Below are positions 1 to 10,359 of a DNA stretch of 64,000 bases, in pieces. The translations under genes were made by a program, and so were the position numbers. The notes beneath the pieces were generated by a model. The model saw only the letters and a list, made by a program, of their open reading frames with translations, was not told the DNA's origin and searched no databases. Positions within the stretch are counted from its first letter, which is position 1. Every line of letters begins with the position of its first letter. The DNA is taken from positions 13,296-77,295 of the forward strand of contig CAZDMQ010000004.1 in the NCBI GenBank assembly GCA_964506685.1, in the 5' to 3' direction. Source of the stretch: an uncultured Hyphomonadaceae bacterium. GTDB lineage: Bacteria; Pseudomonadota; Alphaproteobacteria; Caulobacterales; Hyphomonadaceae.

Positions 1-4
1 GGCC

Positions 5-859
5 ATGACTGAAATCATTCGCATCTTCGACCAGCACGACCGGAGCACCGGCCTCTACTTCGACGCAACGGCGGTCCTCCATCACAGCCAGTCCGACTGG
101 CAGGACATCAAGATCATCGACACCGAGGCGCATGGCCGGGTGATGCTGCTCGACAATGTAACCATGCTCACCCAGACGACCCACCATGTCTATCACGAGC
201 ATATGGTGCACATCCCCATGGCTTGCCTCGAAGCGCCGAAACGGGTGCTGGTGATAGGCGGCGGCGATGGCGGCTCGGTGAGCGAACTGGTGAAGTATCC
301 CGGGCTCGAGGCGATCATCCTGTGCGAGCTCGATGGCGCCGTGGTCGATGTCTCCCGCGACCTGCTGCCCGACGTGGCGGCCGGGCTGGATGATTCGCGC
401 GTCGAGATCCGCATCGGCGACGGAGCGGCCTATCTTGCAGACCACCCCGGCAGCTTCGATGCCATCATCATCGACAGCACCGATATCTGCGACGAACAGC
501 ACGGCCCCGATGCGATCGCCAACCCGCTGGCGTCCGATGCCTTCTACGCCTCGCTGAAAGCGGGCCTGACCGAAGGTGGAGTGGTGATGCAGATGCTTGG
601 CTCGCCGATCTTCTACCGGCCCGGAATGGCGGCCCTGTTCCAGCGCGTTGCGCCGCAATGGCCGAGTTTCCGGCCGATGCTGATGCCGTGCCCGTTCTAT
701 ATCTCGGGCGACTGGTGCGCGGGCCTGATGTCGGGTGCGCCGGATGTTGAACCGCGCCATGCCCATGACATTCGGGGAAGACTGAAGTACTTCAACATGG
801 ATATCGCCAAGGGCGCGCTCGCGCTTCCCAATGAAGTGCGCGAGCTCCTGCCGGACTGA
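5..859 (+). CDS. speE: polyamine aminopropyltransferase (spermidine synthase)
   Basis: 284 aa. Has the SAM-binding motif VLVIGGGDGGSVSEL and the acidic IIDSTD segment typical of spermidine synthases. ATG at position 5. Confidence 0.85.
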   Translation: MTEIIRIFDQHDRSTGLYFDATAVLHHSQSDWQDIKIIDTEAHGRVMLLDNVTMLTQTTHHVYHEHMVHIPMACLEAPKRVLVIGGGDGGSVSELVKYPGLEAIILCELDGAVVDVSRDLLPDVAAGLDDSRVEIRIGDGAAYLADHPGSFDAIIIDSTDICDEQHGPDAIANPLASDAFYASLKAGLTEGGVVMQMLGSPIFYRPGMAALFQRVAPQWPSFRPMLMPCPFYISGDWCAGLMSGAPDVEPRHAHDIRGRLKYFNMDIAKGALALPNEVRELLPD

Positions 860-879
860 GAGACGCTGGAGACACCACC

Positions 880-2652
880 ATGAGATCAATCCCTGCCATG
901 CTTGCCGGCGCCGCCCTGCTCGCAGCCTGTTCGCCTGAAGCGCCCGATACGACCACCACGGACGCCGCTGCACCACCTGCAGAAGCGGTCGTCGCAACGG
1001 TCGAATTGCCGATGCCGCTGCCGACCGGGACCACGGCCGAGATCACGGCGACAGATCTCGAGACCCGGATCGCCACCCTCGCAGATGACGCTTTCGAGGG
1101 CCGCGGTCCCGGCGCCCCGGTCGGCGAGAAGGCAGCGGACTGGATCGCCGCGGAGATGGCCCGCATCGGCCTCGAGCCCGGCGGGCCGGATGGCTCCTGG
1201 TTCCAGACCGTGGGCATGGTCGAGCAGACGATCGACGAGACCGCCTCGGGACTGACCTTCGCCGGCGGGCTGTCCGAGCGCGACTATCCGATGACGCTGG
1301 GTAGCGATGCGGTGATCTGGACCAAGAAACAGAACGCCGAAACCGTGTCCTTCGAGGACTCCGATGTGGTGTTCGTCGGCTATGGCATCGTCGCGCCGGA
1401 ATATGGCTGGAATGATTATGAAGGCCTCGATGCCACCGGCAAGACCGTGGTGATGCTGGTCAATGACCCGGGCTTTGCGACCGGCGATCCCGACCTCTTC
1501 AACGGCCAGGCCATGACCTATTATGGCCGCTGGACCTACAAGTACGAGGAAGCGGCGCGACAGGGCGCGGCGGCGGCGATCATCGTGCACGAGACCGAGC
1601 CGGCGTCCTATGGCTGGGACGTGGTTTCCAATTCCTGGTCGGGCGCGCAGGCTGACCTCGTCCGTGCCGATGGCGGTGCAGAACGTGTCACCCTCGAAGG
1701 CTGGATCAGCCTCGACACCGCGCGGTCGCTGTTCGCCGATGGCGGGCTCGATTTCGAGGCGATGAAGGACGCCGCAGGAACGCAGGGCTTCACCCCTGTC
1801 GACATGGGCGGGCTCACCGCGTCCGGCACCATCACCCAGACCATCGACCGGCTCGAAAGCCGCAACGTGATCGGCGTGCTGCCTGGCACGACGGCGCCGG
1901 ATGAATACATGCTGTTCACCGCCCACTGGGACCATCTTGGCAAGAAGTCCGGCGAGCGGACCGGTGCGCCGGGCGAGGACTTCTACCGTGACGACATCTT
2001 CAATGGTGCCGTTGATAATGCCACGGGCAGTGCGGCGCTCCTGGAAATCGCCGAGGCGATGGCCGGCGAGACGCTGGACCGCTCGGCCCTGTTCCTCGCC
2101 GTCACACTGGAAGAGAGCGGGCTGCTCGGCTCGGCATACTATGCCGAGAACCCGACTGTGCCCTTTCACCAGGTGGTGGCCGGCATCAACATGGACGGCA
2201 TGCTGCCCATTGGCCGGACGAAGGACATGGTGGTGGTCGGCTATGGCGCCTCCGAGCTCGAGGACCGGCTCGCTGCAGTGCTCGAGGGCCAGGACCGGGT
2301 GATCGCGCCCGATCCCAAGCCGGAAGCGGGCTACTTCTACCGCTCCGACCATATCTCCTTCGCCAAGAAGGGCGTGCCCATGCTTTACGCCGATGGCGGG
2401 CTGGACCTCCGGGATGGCGGCGAGGCGGCAGGCCGCGCGGCTGCCGATGCCTATACTACCCGGCGCTACCACAAGCCGATGGACGAGTATGCCGATGACT
2501 GGAACCTGTCGGGCTTCGTCGAGGACGTATCGGCACTCCATCAGGTCGGGCTGGGCATTGCCCAGTCCAGCGACTGGCCGACCTGGTATGCGGGCAACGA
2601 GTTCGAGGCCATTCGCGAGGAGTCGCTGGCAGCCGGCGGCGGTGCGCAGTAG
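880..2652 (+). CDS. M28 family metallopeptidase (PA-domain aminopeptidase), lipoprotein
   Basis: 590 aa. Signal peptide with lipobox LLAACS. M28-type metal-binding segments present (HWDHLG, NGAVDNATGSA, EESGLLGS, YRSDHISF). Confidence 0.85.
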   Translation: MRSIPAMLAGAALLAACSPEAPDTTTTDAAAPPAEAVVATVELPMPLPTGTTAEITATDLETRIATLADDAFEGRGPGAPVGEKAADWIAAEMARIGLEPGGPDGSWFQTVGMVEQTIDETASGLTFAGGLSERDYPMTLGSDAVIWTKKQNAETVSFEDSDVVFVGYGIVAPEYGWNDYEGLDATGKTVVMLVNDPGFATGDPDLFNGQAMTYYGRWTYKYEEAARQGAAAAIIVHETEPASYGWDVVSNSWSGAQADLVRADGGAERVTLEGWISLDTARSLFADGGLDFEAMKDAAGTQGFTPVDMGGLTASGTITQTIDRLESRNVIGVLPGTTAPDEYMLFTAHWDHLGKKSGERTGAPGEDFYRDDIFNGAVDNATGSAALLEIAEAMAGETLDRSALFLAVTLEESGLLGSAYYAENPTVPFHQVVAGINMDGMLPIGRTKDMVVVGYGASELEDRLAAVLEGQDRVIAPDPKPEAGYFYRSDHISFAKKGVPMLYADGGLDLRDGGEAAGRAAADAYTTRRYHKPMDEYADDWNLSGFVEDVSALHQVGLGIAQSSDWPTWYAGNEFEAIREESLAAGGGAQ

Positions 2653-2676
2653 GCGTCCGGTGCGGCGGTCCGCACC

Positions 2677-3465
2677 ATGCTGAGCTACCAGCACGGTTTT
2701 CATGCCGGCAACCGGGCCGACGTGCTCAAGCATGCCGTGCTTGACGGGGTGCTGCGCCATGTCGCCGCTGCCGGTGGCCCGGTGCTGCATGTCGAGACCC
2801 ATGCCGGGCGCGGGCGGTACGACCTTGAAGGCGAGCAGGCACGCAAGACCGGGGAGGCTGCGGACGGCGTGCTTGCGCTGCTGGGCAGGGAGGACGGCGC
2901 GCCAAAGCCGTTGCGGCCCTGGCTGACAATGGTTGCGGCCGAGGGGGCTGGCGCTTATCCCGGCTCGCCGGCGCTGGCACGACTGCGTCTCGGCGCCTCC
3001 GGCCGGCTGGTGCTGTTCGAGAAACACCCGGCGGAACATGCCGCACTGGCGGCCACTTTCGCCGGAGACCGCGCGGTACAGGTCAAGCAGGCGGACGGCT
3101 ATGCCGGTGCGCTGCGGCTGCAGCCCCGGGCGCGCGAGACCATGATCGTCTTCGCCGATCCGAGCTATGAGACGATCCGGGACATGGACGAGCTGGCTGA
3201 CTGGACGCCGCGTGCGCTGGCCCGCTGGCCCCGGGCGATGATCGTGCTGTGGCTGCCATTGTTCAAGGATGAGCGCGAGGCAGAGTTCGGCGCCTTCCTT
3301 GCCGGGCTCGAGGAGGGGGTGGTGGCCGGTGCCCGCTGGCCGGCGCCGGAGGACAGGGACACGGCCCTGTCGGGCTCGGCGATTGTCGCCTATCGCGTCC
3401 CGGAGGCGGCTTGCGAGGTTGCGACCGGGATCGCCGCGACGCTGGGCTCGCTCTGGTCGTCCTGA
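2677..3465 (+). CDS. rlmJ: 23S rRNA (adenine2030-N6)-methyltransferase
   Basis: N-terminus MLSYQHGFHAGNRADVLKH is the RlmJ signature. DPSYE motif present. 262 aa. Confidence 0.85.
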   Translation: MLSYQHGFHAGNRADVLKHAVLDGVLRHVAAAGGPVLHVETHAGRGRYDLEGEQARKTGEAADGVLALLGREDGAPKPLRPWLTMVAAEGAGAYPGSPALARLRLGASGRLVLFEKHPAEHAALAATFAGDRAVQVKQADGYAGALRLQPRARETMIVFADPSYETIRDMDELADWTPRALARWPRAMIVLWLPLFKDEREAEFGAFLAGLEEGVVAGARWPAPEDRDTALSGSAIVAYRVPEAACEVATGIAATLGSLWSS

Positions 3466-5201
3466 GGATGGGGCGCGGTGGGCCGGTCGCCGTCGGGCGA
3501 CCTGTCGCAGCGGTCCTGTGCCTGCCCCGGTGCCAGCGCGTCGACGACGGCCGGAACGTGCGCCTTGGCCGGCAGGACCAGCGACACGGTCGTGCCGGCG
3601 CCTTCGCGGCTGCGCATGAGGACATCCCCGTCATGCAGCCGGGCGAGCTGGCGGCTGATGGTCAGCCCCAGTCCTGTACCGGCGAAATCCCCGCCCATAT
3701 GCCGCCGGCACTGGTAGAAGGGCTGGAAGACCTGTTCGACTTCCTCGGGCGACAGGCCGGTTCCATTGTCGCGGACTGAAATCACGGGGCAGCCATCCTC
3801 GCGCAGGAAGGCCCGAAGGTTGATCGACATGGGGGCGCCGCTGAACTTCACCGCATTGTGGATGAGATTGATCAGCACGCGCCGTATCGCCATCTCGTCG
3901 ACCACGAGATCACCCAGCATCGGTGACACCGACACGCTGAACCCTTCAAGGCTCTGGAGGCGGTTGAACCCGGCAGCGAGCGTGACGGCGCTGGCCAGCA
4001 ACTCGCGCGGCGGGACAGGTTTCGGGTCGTAGAGATAGGTGTCGGCACCGGATTTCGAGAATTCGATTATATCGTTGATGACGGTCAGCAGGTGCTCGCC
4101 GGCCTCGTGAATGCTGTCGCCATAATCCCTGACGGTCTGCTCCGGCAGTGGTACCTTCGAATCGCGTGCCATCAGCCGCGAAAAGCCATTGATGATGTTG
4201 AGGGGCGTGCGCAACTCGTGGCTCATGGTCGACAGGAAGCGCCCTTTGGCTGCGCTGGCTTCCTCGGCCTCGCGACGGGCGGACACGAGTTCGCGCTCGC
4301 GCGCCTTCAGCGCGGAAATGTCCCGGTGAACGCTGACCCAGCCGCCGGCCGGACGGGAACTGACCGAGTGCATCACCCAGCGGCCGGTTGGCAGCCGGTG
4401 CTCCCGCCCGTCTTCTGCCGGATTGACCTGCCATCCGTCTGGGAACCATTCGCGAAAGCGCGAATTGGCCAGGGCCACGCCGCCATCAGCGTCGTGGATG
4501 GCGAAGGCATCATGGATCGTCTCCAGCGCATTGCTCAGATCGGCCTGGGCCTGCTGTGCCTTGACCTGTTCGTCCAGCACGGACTTCAGCTGGACGAAAC
4601 TGCCGATCGCCCCCCTTTGCAACATGGCGATATAGGCGATGCTAAGGACCAGCATGAAGATCGCATGGGGATGGCCGGTGGTGCAGGCTGCGGTGACGAC
4701 CGGCAGGATGCAGCCAAGCGAGAACCGCGCCGTGAGGCGGGGGACCTGTCCGGACATGGAGGTGAAGGCCGCAGCCTTGCCGGCACACAACATCACGAAG
4801 AATGTGATCGCTTCGCGGTCGGCCCCCTCGATGCCGAAAACGAGAATGCTCCAGGCAAAGCCCATCAATGCGGCGACCTGTTCGGACTTGGCGATGAACC
4901 TGCCGGACACGGTCCTGGGTGTGGGCGTGTTTCTGAGCCGGGCCCAGAGATTCATGCTCAAGGCGGAAAAGCCGAGCATGCAGGCGAACCACGCACCGAG
5001 AAGCCTCGGGTCGATCTTGTCCAGAAAGTAGATGACGATCATGCCGCTGGTCACGAACGTGATCAATGCGTTGGCGAGACTGTTGCGCACGATCAGCAGC
5101 TGCTGGTTCACCGCGATCTTCTGATCGGCTGCCGTGGCCGGCGGCGGGGCCGATAGCAGGATCTTGTCCCAGTTCGTGTTTGAGGAGGTGAAGGCGCTCA
5201 T
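3390..5201 (-). CDS. membrane sensor histidine kinase (orphan; PAS-like + HisKA + HATPase_c)
   Basis: H-box MSHELRTPLN plus N/G boxes (NLIHNAVKF, DNGTGL, GTGLGL). Multi-TM N-terminal half. Start moved to the ATG at 5201 (MSAFTSS...), whereas the ORF track extends to 5249. No response regulator lies adjacent. Confidence 0.8.
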   Translation of the reverse strand: MSAFTSSNTNWDKILLSAPPPATAADQKIAVNQQLLIVRNSLANALITFVTSGMIVIYFLDKIDPRLLGAWFACMLGFSALSMNLWARLRNTPTPRTVSGRFIAKSEQVAALMGFAWSILVFGIEGADREAITFFVMLCAGKAAAFTSMSGQVPRLTARFSLGCILPVVTAACTTGHPHAIFMLVLSIAYIAMLQRGAIGSFVQLKSVLDEQVKAQQAQADLSNALETIHDAFAIHDADGGVALANSRFREWFPDGWQVNPAEDGREHRLPTGRWVMHSVSSRPAGGWVSVHRDISALKARERELVSARREAEEASAAKGRFLSTMSHELRTPLNIINGFSRLMARDSKVPLPEQTVRDYGDSIHEAGEHLLTVINDIIEFSKSGADTYLYDPKPVPPRELLASAVTLAAGFNRLQSLEGFSVSVSPMLGDLVVDEMAIRRVLINLIHNAVKFSGAPMSINLRAFLREDGCPVISVRDNGTGLSPEEVEQVFQPFYQCRRHMGGDFAGTGLGLTISRQLARLHDGDVLMRSREGAGTTVSLVLPAKAHVPAVVDALAPGQAQDRCDRSPDGDRPTAPHPQDDQSEPSVAAIPVATSQAASGTR

Positions 5202-5313
5202 GATTTGACATGTTATCTCAGTAAGGTTGACCTGCCTTCCACTTCCCACACGATTTTCGGGAGGCTATGGCAAGCTTTTGGAAAGCTAATCAGAGTGAAC
5301 AGGAGCCGGGCGG

Positions 5314-6627
5314 ATGATCATGGCGACGGGCAGACGAGCCACACTTCGGATAGGGATTGCCGGTGCAGGTCCGAGCGGGCTGACACTTGCACGCCTGCTG
5401 CGGGATCGCGGGCACGATGACATTGTGCTGTTCGAGCAAAGTCACCGCATCGGCGGCAAGTCCGAGACCGTCCGGTTCGGGGATCTGATCAGCGAACTGG
5501 GCACCTGTTACACCCAGCGGGGTGACAGGCATGTCCGCCGCTGGATGCGCGAGTGCGACATGACGTGGGGCGCAATCGACCGTGCAAAGATCGATGGCCG
5601 GCCCTTCATCGATTACGTGAAAGAGGGGGGCGGCGGGCCGCTGTGGCTGCAGACGCTCCGCTTTCTCCGGGCACGCAGCACCCTCCTGCGCAAGCTCGAG
5701 CGCCAACCTGAGGACGAGCGCGTCCTGGCCGAGGCTGCGCAACCGGTCGCAGACTGGCTCAGGGCGCGTGGCCTTCACAAGATCGAGCGGTTCTTCTATC
5801 GGGCGCTGGTGACGACGGGTTATGGCTATATTCACGATACCAATGTCCTGCAGGCCATTCGCTGGATTGACCGCGACCTCATCGTTTCGGGCATACTGAA
5901 TGACCTCGTCATGCCCCATCAGGGGTGGTCGACCTTCTGGGATCGGTTTGCCCGGGGAATGGATATTCGGCTGAGCACGCCGCTGGAAGGGATCGTCCGG
6001 TCGGAAGAGGGCGTCGAGGTGACCGCTGGCGGGAAGTCTGAGTGGTTCGACTATGTCATCTGCGCGATGCCGCTCGACAGTTTCACCGAATGTGTTGTGC
6101 CGACGGCGGCAGAACGGGAAGTCACAAACGGGAGCTGGTGGGGCCGGTTCGTGATCACGCTTGCGGTGTGCGAGGACTGGTACACGAATGAGCAGATCCG
6201 GACCTTCGGGGAAGCGATCGACGCGAACGCACGCAGGTCAATGCTGATTTCCGCCCGGCGTGAAGGTTTTGACGAGGATGCGGGCGGACATATCTATCTG
6301 CTTGGACAGATGCCGAATGACGAGACTCTCCCCGAACTGCAGGAGATCATGCGAGAGGAGGTGCGTCGCCATGGCGGGCGGTTGACCCGTGTCCTGCACC
6401 AGAAGGACTGGAAGTATTTCTGCCGGTACAAGCCAGAGGCGATCCGGGCAGGGTTGCTCTCTACCATGCAGGCCATGCAGGGAGAGCAACGGACCTATTA
6501 TACCGGCAGCACATTTTCCCATGAATCGGTGGGCAAGCTCGCAATCTTCAACGAGGCGCTCGCCGACCGGATCCATCGCGATCTTGCCGGCGGCTCGCGC
6601 CCCGTCCCCGCTCCCGCCCCGGCATGA
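5314..6627 (+). CDS. FAD/NAD(P)-binding oxidoreductase (amine-oxidase-like fold)
   Basis: N-terminal dinucleotide-binding motif IGIAGAGPSGL followed by FEQSHRIGGK. 437 aa. The stop overlaps the next start (ATGA at 6624). Confidence 0.75.
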   Translation: MIMATGRRATLRIGIAGAGPSGLTLARLLRDRGHDDIVLFEQSHRIGGKSETVRFGDLISELGTCYTQRGDRHVRRWMRECDMTWGAIDRAKIDGRPFIDYVKEGGGGPLWLQTLRFLRARSTLLRKLERQPEDERVLAEAAQPVADWLRARGLHKIERFFYRALVTTGYGYIHDTNVLQAIRWIDRDLIVSGILNDLVMPHQGWSTFWDRFARGMDIRLSTPLEGIVRSEEGVEVTAGGKSEWFDYVICAMPLDSFTECVVPTAAEREVTNGSWWGRFVITLAVCEDWYTNEQIRTFGEAIDANARRSMLISARREGFDEDAGGHIYLLGQMPNDETLPELQEIMREEVRRHGGRLTRVLHQKDWKYFCRYKPEAIRAGLLSTMQAMQGEQRTYYTGSTFSHESVGKLAIFNEALADRIHRDLAGGSRPVPAPAPA

Positions 6628-7196
6628 ACCTGTTCTTTCGTCTTGTTGCGCTGCTTATCCGCAATGCGCTGAACCGGGTGCGGATCGGCTACCTTGATGA
6701 GGCCGTTCTCAATTTTCGGGTCTGGATCACAGACCAGGATGCCTTCCTGCACATGAACAACAGCCGCTACAATTCGATCTGTGATCTTGCTGGGCTCGAC
6801 CTGATGACGAAGACCGGCGTGCTCGGACCCATGCGCAAGGCGGGCTACCTGCCGGTGATCGTCTATCGCGGGGTGACGCTGCATCGCATGCTGCGCTTTC
6901 CCGATGCCTACAGTGTCCATTCGAGGATCATTGGGTGGGACGGGCCATATGTCTGTTTTCGCCATGATTTCAGGCGGCGGGGCGCACTCTGCGCAGAGGC
7001 GGTCAGCATCGGTCGCCTCGTCGGCAAGGGCGATGACAAGCCCGATGTGCCCACGGTCCTGGCCAAGCTCGGCCTGCCCCAGCCGCCCGACATGCCAGCC
7101 CTCACCGCCTTTTGCCGGACCAAGATCGACGAGATCGAGTCCGTTCGTGCAGAGCGGGCCGCCGCACGTGCTCGACAGGTGAGAAAAAACGCCTAA
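6624..7196 (+). CDS. thioesterase-superfamily (hotdog fold) protein
   Basis: 190 aa. The segment FRVWITDQDAFLHMNNSRYNSICDLA resembles YbgC/FadM-like acyl-CoA thioesterases. Translationally coupled to the upstream oxidoreductase. Confidence 0.65.
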   Translation: MNLFFRLVALLIRNALNRVRIGYLDEAVLNFRVWITDQDAFLHMNNSRYNSICDLAGLDLMTKTGVLGPMRKAGYLPVIVYRGVTLHRMLRFPDAYSVHSRIIGWDGPYVCFRHDFRRRGALCAEAVSIGRLVGKGDDKPDVPTVLAKLGLPQPPDMPALTAFCRTKIDEIESVRAERAAARARQVRKNA

Positions 7197-7197
7197 T

Positions 7198-7425
7198 ATG
7201 AGATCGGGCAGACAGTCCGGGGCGATGATGACAGATTCCGAATTCACACTTTGCATGCTGCGATCGGCTATCGATGTGCTGGCCGAAGCTGCGGCACAGG
7301 CCGAAAGCAAGGGCGCGCTCGATGCGTTCTTCAGCAGGGAGGTTCCGCTCGCCCGCGCCGATGCGGCCGCCGCGATCGCCGACCTCGAGCGCCAGCTTCG
7401 CCGGTCAGCACCCAGGGCGGCCTGA
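7198..7425 (+). CDS. small hypothetical protein (75 aa; internal ATG at 7225 is also possible)
   Basis: ORF in the gap between the thioesterase and der. Ala/Glu-rich helical-looking sequence. No recognisable family. Confidence 0.3.
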   Translation: MRSGRQSGAMMTDSEFTLCMLRSAIDVLAEAAAQAESKGALDAFFSREVPLARADAAAAIADLERQLRRSAPRAA

Positions 7426-7487
7426 CATTTCTGCAGGCCCCTCTTTCCTGCGCCGCGCGCCTGTCCTTCCTGCCTCGGGGGGCGATG

Positions 7488-8993
7488 TCAGGGCTTCCGC
7501 CGCCCCGATGGCCGGCCGGCATAGGGGTTCTTGCCCTGGCGGACATGCAGCCGGATCGGCACGCCCGGCATGTCGAACGCCTCGCGGATCCCGTTCACCA
7601 GGTATCGCTTGTACTGTTCCGGCATCTGGTCGCCACGGGATGCGATCAGCACAAAGGTCGGCGGTCGGGCCTTGATCTGGGCCATGTAGCGCGGCTTGAT
7701 CCGCTTGCCCTGCACCGAGGGCGGTGGATGGTGCTCCATGGTGTGACGCAGCCAGCGATTGAGATCGCCGGTCTTGACTCGTGCCGTCCAGTCGCGATGC
7801 GCCTTGACCACGGCCGGCATCAGCTTGTCGGTGTTGCGTCCGGTCAGTCCCGACAGGAACACGAGCGTTGCGCCACGGGCATTCGGCAGGAGGCGGTCGG
7901 CCTTTTCGCGCAGGGCGCGGGCGGCGTCCGATTGCGCGTCCACAAGGTCCCATTTCGACACCACGAAGACGACGCCCCGGCCTTCCCGCACGGCGAGATC
8001 GGCGATCTGGAGGTCCTGTTTCTCGAAGGCCTCGCCGGCGTCCATCACCAGGGCGACAATATCGGCGAAGCGGATCGCACGGATCGTGTCCTGGGTGGAC
8101 AACCGCTCCAGCCGGTCCTGTACCTTTGCCCGCTTGCGCAACCCGGCCGTATCGACGAGGCGCACGCGCCGCCCGTCCCATTCCCAGTCGATTGAGATGG
8201 AATCCCGCGTGATCCCCGCTTCCGGCCCGGTCAGCAGCCGCTCATCCTGCAGCAGCGTGTTGATCAGTGTCGACTTGCCGGCATTCGGCCGGCCGACGAT
8301 GGCGAGCCGGATCGGGCGGTCATCGACCACCGGATCCGCCGGCGCGTCCACCCCGGCCGCCTCGATAGCCGCTTCCAGTGCATCGCCGCCGAGTTCGGGG
8401 TCCTCGATGTCGATATGGGCCAGCGCCTCGATGATGTCCTCGCCGTCCGCCTCCTCCCTGGCCGCATCCTCCGCGGCCAGATAGGCCTCGAACGCGACCG
8501 GGCCGACGGCCTCGCGAAACGCATCATAGAGGTCGCCCATGCCTTCGCCATGCTGGGCCGACAGCCCGACCGGCTCGCCAAAGCCGAGCGACCAGGCTTC
8601 GACCAGCCCGGCATCGGCCTCGCGTCCCTCCGCCTTGTTGGCCGCCAGCACCACGGGGATGGATGCGCGGCGGAGCACTTCGGCGAAGCGTTCATCGACC
8701 GGGGTCACCCCGGCGCGGGCATCGACCAGGAACAGGGCAAGATCGGCTTCCCGGATCGCTGCTTCCGTCTGGGCCCGCATGCGTGCTTCCAGCGAGCCGT
8801 CGCTGACATCCTCGAAGCCGGCCGTGTCGATCAGCGTCAGCGGCAGGCCGCCCAGGCGTCCGGGCGCTTCACGGCGGTCGCGGGTCACACCGGGCTGGTC
8901 GTCGACAATGGCCAGCCGCCGGCCCGCCAGCCGGTTGAACAGGGTGGACTTGCCGACATTCGGCCGTCCGACGATCGCCAGTCTGAGACTCAT
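7488..8993 (-). CDS. der: ribosome-associated GTPase Der/EngA
   Basis: Two G domains (GRPNVGKSTLFN and GRPNAGKSTLIN) plus a KH-like C-terminus. Start trimmed to the ATG at 8993 (MSLRLAIVG...). The ORF-track extension to 9236 overlaps bamB. Confidence 0.9.
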   Translation of the reverse strand: MSLRLAIVGRPNVGKSTLFNRLAGRRLAIVDDQPGVTRDRREAPGRLGGLPLTLIDTAGFEDVSDGSLEARMRAQTEAAIREADLALFLVDARAGVTPVDERFAEVLRRASIPVVLAANKAEGREADAGLVEAWSLGFGEPVGLSAQHGEGMGDLYDAFREAVGPVAFEAYLAAEDAAREEADGEDIIEALAHIDIEDPELGGDALEAAIEAAGVDAPADPVVDDRPIRLAIVGRPNAGKSTLINTLLQDERLLTGPEAGITRDSISIDWEWDGRRVRLVDTAGLRKRAKVQDRLERLSTQDTIRAIRFADIVALVMDAGEAFEKQDLQIADLAVREGRGVVFVVSKWDLVDAQSDAARALREKADRLLPNARGATLVFLSGLTGRNTDKLMPAVVKAHRDWTARVKTGDLNRWLRHTMEHHPPPSVQGKRIKPRYMAQIKARPPTFVLIASRGDQMPEQYKRYLVNGIREAFDMPGVPIRLHVRQGKNPYAGRPSGRRKP

Positions 8994-9012
8994 GAAGGAG
9001 ACGCTACACGGT

Positions 9013-10359
9013 CTAGCGGATGGCGACGAGTCGCGCCTTATCGGTGAGGATGTAAATCCGCTCTCCGACCGCAATCGGCTCGAGGAACACGTCCTGGCCG
9101 AGTTTGAGCCGGCCGGTCTCCTCGCCGGTCTGGGGATCGAGACGCAGCACGTCGCCTTCCGAGGAGACGAGCACGATGTGGCCGGAAGCGAGCAGCGGGC
9201 CGGCATAACTGATCCGCCCCTTCTGTTTCTCCTCATTGCGGAACGCGCGCAATTGCCGCGTCCAGTAGACCCCGCCGGTGGCCGCGTCGATCGCCGCCAG
9301 CGTGCCGTCGGTGCCGATCACGAACAGCGTACTGCCAACGAGCGCAGGTGCCTGGGTCGAACCGATGGGCTGGACCCACACCCGTGTGCCGGTGCGACCG
9401 TCGATCGCGGCGGTCAGGCCCGACTGGTTGGCCACGATCACGAGGCCGGCGGCAAGGACGGGCCGGGCGGCGATGTCGTTGATCGCCGAAATCGGGGTGA
9501 ACCGGCCGGGTCGCGACAGGGCATCAGACCACAGCCGACGGCCATTGCTGGCGAGGTAGGCAATGACTTCCCCTGAGGAATAGGGCGCGACAACGATATC
9601 CTCGACCGCCGCCGGGCTCGGACTGCCGAGCACCCGGGCGGGTTCGGCGATGGCCTGGTCGGACCAGATCACTTCGCCATCCTCGAGATTGACGGCGAAC
9701 ACCTCGTTATTGTTGGAGGTCACGAACATGCGTCCATCGCGGATCGTCGGGGACCCGGTCATGGGTGCCGTCATGTCGCGGCGCCAGATGCGTTCGCCGG
9801 TTTGCGCATCCAGGGCGACCAACTGGCTGTACCCGCTCGCGACATAGACCCGGCCATCCTCATAGGCGAGCGCGCCGCCGATACCGATCTGGTCGCGCCG
9901 GTTGCCGGACGCGATCTCCTCTCGCCAGAGCGGGGCGCCGCTCTCGCGGTCGAAGGCGCGGACCGTCTGTCCCGCATCCAGTAGGAAAAGCGTCGTTTCA
10001 CTCGCCACGGGGGGGCTTGTCAGGGCCGATTTCCGGTCGGATCCGCGACCGGCATCCTGGCGCCAGTCGATGACGAAATCGGCACCGGCCGCGACATGTC
10101 CGACCACCTTGGACGGCTGGGCCCCTGCCTGCGGCCAGGCGGCGAGGGTTTCAGCCGGTGGCAGGACAATGGCCTGATCGGCGAGGGCAGGATCGGCTTC
10201 CAGCTTTTCATCGCCGAGCACCATGGCTATCCGCCCGGCGCGATCGGCCGCTTCCTCGGCCTCGCGCGCTGCCGAGCGGCCGGAGAGAACGTTGCAGCCG
10301 GACAGCGTTGCCAGGGACAGGGCGGCAAGCAGGAGCGGAATGCGCGATGTGGGGATCAT
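9013..10359 (-). CDS. bamB: outer-membrane assembly lipoprotein BamB-like (PQQ-like beta-propeller)
   Basis: Lipobox LSGC. Repeated beta-propeller blades. Conserved position between yfgM-like and der. Confidence 0.8.
   Translation of the reverse strand: MIPTSRIPLLLAALSLATLSGCNVLSGRSAAREAEEAADRAGRIAMVLGDEKLEADPALADQAIVLPPAETLAAWPQAGAQPSKVVGHVAAGADFVIDWRQDAGRGSDRKSALTSPPVASETTLFLLDAGQTVRAFDRESGAPLWREEIASGNRRDQIGIGGALAYEDGRVYVASGYSQLVALDAQTGERIWRRDMTAPMTGSPTIRDGRMFVTSNNNEVFAVNLEDGEVIWSDQAIAEPARVLGSPSPAAVEDIVVAPYSSGEVIAYLASNGRRLWSDALSRPGRFTPISAINDIAARPVLAAGLVIVANQSGLTAAIDGRTGTRVWVQPIGSTQAPALVGSTLFVIGTDGTLAAIDAATGGVYWTRQLRAFRNEEKQKGRISYAGPLLASGHIVLVSSEGDVLRLDPQTGEETGRLKLGQDVFLEPIAVGERIYILTDKARLVAIR

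Noticed and set aside
886-3039. Very long ORFs antisense to real genes: 886..3039(-), 16105..18582(+), 29069..32338(-), 49991..52162(+), 57891..59705(+), 10158..12107(+) and others.
   Set aside because: Their translations are Arg/Gly/Ala/Pro-rich with no motifs, while the opposite strand carries unmistakable family signatures. Stop-poor antisense frames are expected at this GC content.
3390-3465. 76-nt convergent overlap of the rlmJ and histidine kinase 3' ends.
   Set aside because: The kinase tail after the ATPase domain is low-complexity (Pro/Asp/Gln-rich). It may just be read-through to the first available stop in GC-rich DNA, so it is not evidence of a functional overlap.
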